Source: a bacterium (lineage in GTDB: Bacteria; Bacillota; Clostridia; Lachnospirales; Lachnospiraceae). Taken from it: a stretch of DNA of 64,000 nucleotides. Shown one piece after another: positions 58,440 to 64,000 of the stretch. Numbering within the stretch: position 1 is the first letter of the stretch; each line of letters opens with the position of its first letter. The stretch covers positions 35,843 to 99,842 of the forward strand of contig CAVGQQ010000002.1 in assembly GCA_963631525.1 (NCBI GenBank), read 5' to 3'. The position numbers and the translations under genes are program-made. The notes under the pieces were generated by a model. It had not been told where the DNA came from, ran no database searches, and was given only the letters and a program-made list of their open reading frames with translations.

Positions 58440-60350
58440 ATGAAAAGATCATTTTTTAGAATATTATTTGCGTGTTTTATAGTTTTGCTGCTTGTACCTG
58501 TTGTGCGGGCAAGGGCTATGAGCATTTATATAGATCTGGCGATTATTGGCGAAGCGGATCTGACTTTGGAGGTTGAGTCAGGTGACAGCATTGATAATGT
58601 GAAACAGAAAATTCGGGATGCTGGAATTTCTACAGATGGAAAGTGTCTTTATTTTGGAGATATATTACTCGCAGACGGTCGTACTCTTGCAGACTATAAC
58701 ATTCAAAAACAAAGTAAACTGCGATTGTCAGATGAATTTGTGGTATCGGATGCTTCCGAATTATCCAATGCGGTTGATTCGGCTGCGGCGAAAATAAAAC
58801 TGATGTCAGATATAGAAATACCGACATGTATATTGATCAAAAGAACGGTTACGTTAGATCTCAATGGTTATGTTATGAAGGCGGACGGAAGTTGTAATGT
58901 AATCCAGATAGTGAGTGGGGGAAACCTGACGATTGTGGATGGAAATCCAACCTCAGAGCATACATTCCGTGAGAACAATGAAGGTTTATGGGTGATTGCT
59001 GCCGGTGGGAATAAGCTCGTTTATGGAGGTGTTATTACAGGAGGTAATTCCCCAGCCGGAGGCGGCGTGTATGTTGCAGAGGGAGGCACTTTCACCATGC
59101 AGGGTGGAAATATCGTTGGATGCAGCGCCAGAGAAGGCGGTGGTGTGTATGTAGAGGGAAGTTTTTCTATGTCAGGTGGAACGATTTCTGGGTGTCTTGC
59201 CAGAGCAGACAGGGACGATACAAGAGGTGGAGGTATTTGTAATTTTGGAAATACAACTTTGATTGCGACGGCGAAGATTCAAGGATGTCGTGCAATCGCA
59301 AGCGATGTGTATGGATTTGAAGGTGGAGGACTGTATAGTGTAAGAAACTTAATAATTTGTGATGAAGTGACGATTACCGGTTGTAAAGCGAATGAGTGGA
59401 ATAGATCCATGCAGGTTGGAAGCGATGGAAAAAATCAGATTTCAGGCGGCATATTCGACGATGGAGTTGAAATAGATTCAGGTGGAAATTTATCTGTGAC
59501 AGGCGGAATCTTCAATGGACCGGTAAGAAATAGAAATGTGATTTCAGATGGAATGTTTAATGATGTAGTAAATAATGATGGCACGATTTGCGGTGGTACA
59601 TTCAATGGAACGGTTACGAATGTAAAGGGGAGAAGTCATGGCATTATTTCAGGCGGCGTTTTCAATGCGCCTGTGATAAATGAAACGTGTATTCCAGAAC
59701 CAGAAAATACGCCGGGACAGATTTCGGGTGGAACGTTCAAAGGTGGGATTACCGGGGCGTATATTGTAACTTTTGACGCGGATGGAGGCACAGAATGTCC
59801 AGCGCAGGTGCTGGCAAATGTTCCAGCAAAAAAACCAGAAAATCCAACGAAAAATGGATATATTTTTGAAGGGTGGTACAGGAATGACGTGCCATATGAT
59901 TTTACGATACCTGTAACAGAATCGGTGACCTTAAAGGCAAGGTGGAAGATCTGTAATCATGCAGGAAGTGAAGTACAGCCAGATTGTACATCGTCAGCAG
60001 TCTGTACAATCTGTGGAGAGAAGTTTGACACACGGGAACATAGGAATCTTAAGCATTTTCCGGCGCAAACGGCTACGGTCAATGCAGAGGGAAATATTGA
60101 ATACTGGTATTGCAATGCATGTAATAGATATTATAGTGATGCGGCTGCAACGAAAGAAATTGGGAAAGCAGATACTATAATAAAGAAAACGGATGTAACA
60201 GAAAGAAATGTAACAGATGCGAACAATTCAGAGGGAAACAAAAGCCCGGATACTGGTGATTGCGATGTAATTGGGATGATGCTCTTGCTTCTTCTCAGCG
60301 GTTTGGGTGTGGTCAATATGGTAATCCAGCGGAAGAAGAATGAGAAATAG
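58440..60350 (+). CDS. Sortase-anchored surface protein: signal peptide, ubiquitin-like domain, beta-helix repeats, InlB B-repeat, Cys/His repeats, SPDTG sorting signal
   Basis: GGAGG SD before the ATG at 58440; signal peptide ending [33 protein letters not shown] repeats; VTFDADGG...[19 protein letters not shown] + TM + RKKNEK. Confidence 0.85.
   Translation: MKRSFFRILFACFIVLLLVPVVRARAMSIYIDLAIIGEADLTLEVESGDSIDNVKQKIRDAGISTDGKCLYFGDILLADGRTLADYNIQKQSKLRLSDEFVVSDASELSNAVDSAAAKIKLMSDIEIPTCILIKRTVTLDLNGYVMKADGSCNVIQIVSGGNLTIVDGNPTSEHTFRENNEGLWVIAAGGNKLVYGGVITGGNSPAGGGVYVAEGGTFTMQGGNIVGCSAREGGGVYVEGSFSMSGGTISGCLARADRDDTRGGGICNFGNTTLIATAKIQGCRAIASDVYGFEGGGLYSVRNLIICDEVTITGCKANEWNRSMQVGSDGKNQISGGIFDDGVEIDSGGNLSVTGGIFNGPVRNRNVISDGMFNDVVNNDGTICGGTFNGTVTNVKGRSHGIISGGVFNAPVINETCIPEPENTPGQISGGTFKGGITGAYIVTFDADGGTECPAQVLANVPAKKPENPTKNGYIFEGWYRNDVPYDFTIPVTESVTLKARWKICNHAGSEVQPDCTSSAVCTICGEKFDTREHRNLKHFPAQTATVNAEGNIEYWYCNACNRYYSDAAATKEIGKADTIIKKTDVTERNVTDANNSEGNKSPDTGDCDVIGMMLLLLLSGLGVVNMVIQRKKNEK
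58518..58727 (+). other. Eukaryote-like ubiquitin domain (70 aa)
   Basis: Manual alignment to ubiquitin residues 1-69 gives about 36 identities. Confidence 0.9.
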
Positions 60351-60357
60351 CAGCATT

Positions 60358-61383
60358 TTACTTCTCATCCTTCTTCCGTACTGCCAGTGCCGGAACCAGT
60401 CCGATCACGAAAGGTACGATCCATGTAAATAACCGGTAGACTACGAGGGCAGCAGCTACGGCATCGCCGTCCGGAATGACGCAGGCGAAGAACAACGCGA
60501 ATACAAAGTCCAGTGTACCGACACCGGATGGTGCCAGCATAACACAGCCAACCATGTTGCAGACGGCAGTAAGCCCCAGACAGGTTGCAACTGTAACAGA
60601 ATAACTTCCAGCAAAGAAGATTCCCGGAATTGCATACCAGCATGCGAATTTGAAGAAATCCAAGCCGACCACAGTCAGGAACAACCGCTTGTCTTTCCAT
60701 ACAAGACGTCCCTGATCCTGCAGATAGTCGATGGAAACCTGTGCCTTATCCAACAGCGGATACAGACGGTTCTTAGGTTTCACAAGCTTTCGTGCCAGTT
60801 TCATGATCAGGTCGGAGAATTTCTTTGAGACTGTTAATATAAATAAGAACAAGCAGATCAACGAAATCACAACTGCTCCGGCAAACATATACCATGCGTA
60901 TTTGCGGATGCCGCTGTGACCGCTCAGAATCAGAAGGATAAATGACACAACACCAAAGATTCCGATTGCGATTTTCTGGAATGTGTACTGTGCGATGGAC
61001 ATACCAGTTCCTGTGCTCACACGGATGCCATGCAGATTATAATAATAAAGCTGTGCGACACCGGTTCCGCTTCCAAGTGTTGCAATCCGGTAAAATGTAC
61101 ACAGATATGCGCAGGTGATTCCCTGCCATACAGATAAGCGATGGTCGCAGGTGTTCGTCATTGCACTGATGATGCAGCCCTCGGCGATGAAATACAGATT
61201 TCCAAGCAGCAGACACACGATCAGCTTCCATACAGGCGTTATCTGGATTTCTTCCATGGCTTCCTGCATCAGATCCTGATTTTTATAGCATACAAAAGCA
61301 ATCAGCGCAAAAATTACCAACCATTTTGCGATGCTTTTCAATATTGTTTTCTGACTTTTATCTGCCTGCTTTGTAACTTCCAT
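60358..61383 (-). CDS. Lysylphosphatidylglycerol synthase TM / flippase-like (UPF0104) membrane protein
   Basis: ATLGSGTG..QLYY, APSGVGTLD, YRLFTW; many TM helices. Confidence 0.82.
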   Translation of the reverse strand: MEVTKQADKSQKTILKSIAKWLVIFALIAFVCYKNQDLMQEAMEEIQITPVWKLIVCLLLGNLYFIAEGCIISAMTNTCDHRLSVWQGITCAYLCTFYRIATLGSGTGVAQLYYYNLHGIRVSTGTGMSIAQYTFQKIAIGIFGVVSFILLILSGHSGIRKYAWYMFAGAVVISLICLFLFILTVSKKFSDLIMKLARKLVKPKNRLYPLLDKAQVSIDYLQDQGRLVWKDKRLFLTVVGLDFFKFACWYAIPGIFFAGSYSVTVATCLGLTAVCNMVGCVMLAPSGVGTLDFVFALFFACVIPDGDAVAAALVVYRLFTWIVPFVIGLVPALAVRKKDEK

Positions 61384-61468
61384 CTGTTTTCCCCCATCAT
61401 ATGGAAATAATAGATAATAGCGTTATTTTATTATGTTTGTCCGATCTTTGCAAGATATATTCCTGTTT

Positions 61469-61496
61469 TCACATTTTTCTCACAAATACATACAAT
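61469..61496 (+). promoter_or_regulatory. Mother-cell sigma-E/sigma-K-type promoter of the cotJ operon
   Basis: TCACATT ... CATACAAT (AC-N16-CATAnnnT). Confidence 0.5.
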
Positions 61497-61530
61497 GAAG
61501 TATACAAAGAGAATGTTTGAGGTAACCATT

Positions 61531-61833
61531 TTGGATTCTTATAGAAATTATGGTTGCGGCAGAGGTCGCAACATGAATCCGCGCGGCACAAATGGCGGCT
61601 ATCCGTATTCTGGTTCCAGTCGCTGCGTTATGCCGGGCGATGCAATGTGCCGGAAACCAGTCATGCCGGATTGCGGCTGTGGTGACAAAAACGAACATAT
61701 GCGTCATATGCCGGTTGGCATAGGCTATGTTCCAATGCAAAAATGGGAGGAAATGTACGATCCTGCGACGGCACTGTGTCAGGGCACCGCGTTTCCTTCT
61801 CTGAATCTGATTTTCTGTGGGAAGAGGGGGTAA
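61531..61833 (+). CDS. cotJA: Spore coat associated protein CotJA
   Basis: PVGIGYVPMQKWEEMYD...ALCQGTAFPSL; TTG start after GAGGT. Confidence 0.88.
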   Translation: MDSYRNYGCGRGRNMNPRGTNGGYPYSGSSRCVMPGDAMCRKPVMPDCGCGDKNEHMRHMPVGIGYVPMQKWEEMYDPATALCQGTAFPSLNLIFCGKRG

Positions 61834-61839
61834 CGGATC

Positions 61840-62106
61840 ATGAAACCTATGTGCAAAGCAGAGCTTCGACAGTTTATCGATCAGGTTTCATTTATGATCG
61901 ATGATATTACCTTATTCTTAGATACGCACCCGGACTGCAGGGAAGCAGTCGACGCATACAATCATTTCAAGATGATGCGGTGCGAAGCAGTATCTGACTA
62001 TGTAAAGCAGTACGGTCCGCTCAATCGTTACGATGTGGACACGTGTGAAGATTGGAATGCATGGATCGATGGTCCATGGCCTTGGGAAGGAGCGTGTGGT
62101 TGTTAA
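61840..62106 (+). CDS. cotJB: Spore coat protein CotJB
   Basis: LFLDTHP, QYGPL, WIDGPWPWE. Confidence 0.93.
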   Translation: MKPMCKAELRQFIDQVSFMIDDITLFLDTHPDCREAVDAYNHFKMMRCEAVSDYVKQYGPLNRYDVDTCEDWNAWIDGPWPWEGACGC

Positions 62107-62205
62107 ATGTGGATTTATGAAAAGAGACTTCAATGTCCTGTGAATATCAAGGAGACAAATGCGAAGCTGGCGCAGGCGATAATTTCACAATACGGCGGTC
62201 TGTAG
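62107..62205 (+). pseudogene. cotJC: 5' fragment of cotJC (manganese catalase family) interrupted by an integrated element
   Basis: MWIYEKRLQCPVNIKETNAKLAQAIISQYGG then L-stop, where the family continues QYGG-PDGEL. Confidence 0.88.
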
Positions 62206-62220
62206 ACGTTTGCTAATGGG
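62178..62220 (+). other. Putative att junction (host arm - GGCGGTC core - element arm)
   Basis: CotJC similarity ends at 62200; the element arm TGTAGACGTTTGCTAATGGG is echoed at 62287-62305. Confidence 0.7.
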
Positions 62221-62321
62221 TATGTTTTTTATCCGCATTTTTAGCGGAATCAAATTTCACCCATATGCGAATATGTATCGACCGCCATAGACAATTACTA
62301 ATGGGAACTTATTTATTCTTG

Positions 62322-63776
62322 TTATGGGATAAAGAAGAACTCCATTGTATCAGCTTCTTTGTCGTAAACAATGTGATCCACGATTGAATTGATCGCTGCC
62401 GCTTTCTCTGCATCGGTTTTGGCATTAACAATTGCATCATGCACTGTATTGACGACATCCGGCGTGACAGTTGTATGTTGTTTGGCATGTTTAGCTTCTG
62501 AAACCGATAATTCCTTTAAGTGCGTGATTTCAGCTTCTAATTTTTCTTTATTTGCTTTATATTCCTCCAACGTATCGATACCATTTACGTAAGCTTCTTT
62601 TACACGACCAAGCTTCGCCTTGACGCTTGCGATCTGTTTTGCAATCGTTGCTTCATCTTGGCTAAACGGTATGATTGGTGCTATTGTTTTAATGCTTTTA
62701 TTTTCTATCACATTTAATAATCCGTCAACAACATATTGTTCTGCCTTGCTTACTAAAATGCTGTTTCTTGTTGTACACATACCCTTGACATAACGATAGC
62801 AGACGAAACTAGGATATGTTCGACCTGATTTTGATGCAGGACCTCTTTGATATGCAAGGGAACCTCCGCACATAGGACATTTCAAAAGACCGGAGAGCCA
62901 ATGCCGGTGAATATCAGTTCTTTTTTTATGAGTATATGCATACTTGGATGTTATTTCGGCGTATCTATTTTGTGCTGCATTCCACAAATCTTGAGATATA
63001 AGTGGGGGATGCTTGCCGTCGCGAATGATTTCTTCTCCGACATGAGGGGTAGTGCGTCGGCTGGTCGAGCTGTTCCAACGAATTTTTCCAATATAAAACG
63101 GATTTTGAATCATATCCGTAATATTTCGGCTTTCCCACCGGTTACCATGCCGTGTACGATATCCAAGCGAATTGATTGTTGATGCAATGTTTGTTATAGA
63201 AGCATGCTCTATAGCGAACATGTAAAAGCAGCGTTGAACCATGACCGCATAATAGTCGTCGATTTGAGGGATTGTATCGGGACCCCGTTCCTTTATATAT
63301 CCAATTGGAACATTTGAATTATATCCACCCTGGAGGGCTTTCTGAGCCATACCACGTCGGACTTCTTCAGATAGCCGAATAGAATAGTATTCGTCCATCC
63401 ATTCAAATATTCGTTCAATCAGTTTGCCAACGGGTCCATCCGGAAGTGGCTCGGAAACGGATATAACATCTACATGGTTCTTTTTCAGTAAGGACTTATA
63501 GACGATTGATTCTTCTTGATTTCTTGCGAACCGGGAAAACTTCCACACCAAAATGGCATCGTAGGGATGTTCCTTGGATTTTGCCATAGCAATCATTTCT
63601 TTGAAATGTGGACGTATTTTCACAAATTTTCCGGATGTTCCGAGATCTTGATAGATATCGACAACGATCATGTCGTGAGCTGCAGCATACTCTTTGAGAA
63701 GTCGGATCTGGGCTTCCGGCGAGTATTCTTCTTGTGAATCCGTAGAAACTCTGATATACAAGCATACAGTTTTCAT
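62322..63776 (-). CDS. Large serine recombinase (integrase)
   Basis: YIRVSTDSQ (catalytic Ser), D.GTSG, VWKFSRFARN, NPFYIG, HPPLIS, LSGLLKCPMCG zinc ribbon, coiled coil. Confidence 0.96.
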   Translation of the reverse strand: MKTVCLYIRVSTDSQEEYSPEAQIRLLKEYAAAHDMIVVDIYQDLGTSGKFVKIRPHFKEMIAMAKSKEHPYDAILVWKFSRFARNQEESIVYKSLLKKNHVDVISVSEPLPDGPVGKLIERIFEWMDEYYSIRLSEEVRRGMAQKALQGGYNSNVPIGYIKERGPDTIPQIDDYYAVMVQRCFYMFAIEHASITNIASTINSLGYRTRHGNRWESRNITDMIQNPFYIGKIRWNSSTSRRTTPHVGEEIIRDGKHPPLISQDLWNAAQNRYAEITSKYAYTHKKRTDIHRHWLSGLLKCPMCGGSLAYQRGPASKSGRTYPSFVCYRYVKGMCTTRNSILVSKAEQYVVDGLLNVIENKSIKTIAPIIPFSQDEATIAKQIASVKAKLGRVKEAYVNGIDTLEEYKANKEKLEAEITHLKELSVSEAKHAKQHTTVTPDVVNTVHDAIVNAKTDAEKAAAINSIVDHIVYDKEADTMEFFFIP

Positions 63777-63885
63777 AAAATATCACTCCTTATACAATTT
63801 TGAAATTGTACAATCGAGAGCCTTATGATATAATATGCTTGCTTAGGGCATTATATCAAAGGCTTAGGCTCTAGATGTACTGCTG

Positions 63886-63920
63886 AATCCCTCGTGTTCC
63901 CGCACGGGGGATTTTATTTT
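63886..63920 (+). terminator. Terminator-like hairpin upstream of the integrase, T-tail on the plus strand
   Basis: AATCCCTCGTG-TTCCCG-CACGGGGGATT-TTATTTT. Confidence 0.6.
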
Positions 63921-64000
63921 TAATCGTGTTTAATCAATTTTTTATTTTGAGAATATTTGTTCTAAAAACATTCTAAATTTTGTTTTCTTACGAATTGGTT

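Larger units (their letters stand above)
62201..64000. mobile_element. End of a prophage/skin-like element integrated in cotJC (continues beyond the window)
   Basis: Large serine recombinase pointing toward the junction, gene truncation, AT-richer sequence. Confidence 0.8.

Noticed and set aside
58518..58727. Eukaryotic contamination, or a ubiquitin conjugation system
   Set aside because: The domain is diverged and fused in frame between a bacterial signal peptide and a sortase signal; it has no Gly-Gly tail and no E1/E2/JAB genes lie nearby.

Overview
Chromosomal segment of a spore-forming, low-GC Gram-positive anaerobe (Lachnospiraceae-like by gene content and style; inference). Left to right: (1) a GntR-controlled guanidino/amino-acid catabolic locus (class-III aminotransferase, MATE, polar amino-acid ABC importer, amidinotransferase/DDAH-like enzyme, RocB-like hydrolase) tied together by a TACTGTATACAGTA operator; (2) an FtsX/MacB-type ABC exporter with a two-component system and a 63-bp hairpin tandem array; (3) two Rpn/PD-(D/E)XK genes, each with a strong internal in-frame start; (4) rpmG-secE-nusG-rplK-rplA followed by an ACP/BtrH-like/Sfp module; (5) three tRNAs and a ~295-bp palindrome; (6) ilvE, pyrG and glycosyltransferases; (7) a two-component system plus a VTC-DUF4956-CotH operon whose promoter box recurs 14 kb away in front of a beta-helix lipoprotein; (8) a metK + sulfonate-type ABC + non-canonical radical SAM + FMN-binding operon; (9) sdaAB-sdaAA; (10) a sortase-anchored surface protein whose predicted mature N-terminus is a eukaryote-like ubiquitin domain (about half identical to ubiquitin by manual alignment); (11) cotJA-cotJB and a cotJC split by a large-serine-recombinase element, with a second inverted att-like site 79 bp inside. 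Top leads: the ubiquitin-tipped surface protein, the metK/radical-SAM operon, the cotJC-intervening element with its inverted att site, and the VTC/CotH regulon. All calls are by eye; no database searches were run.
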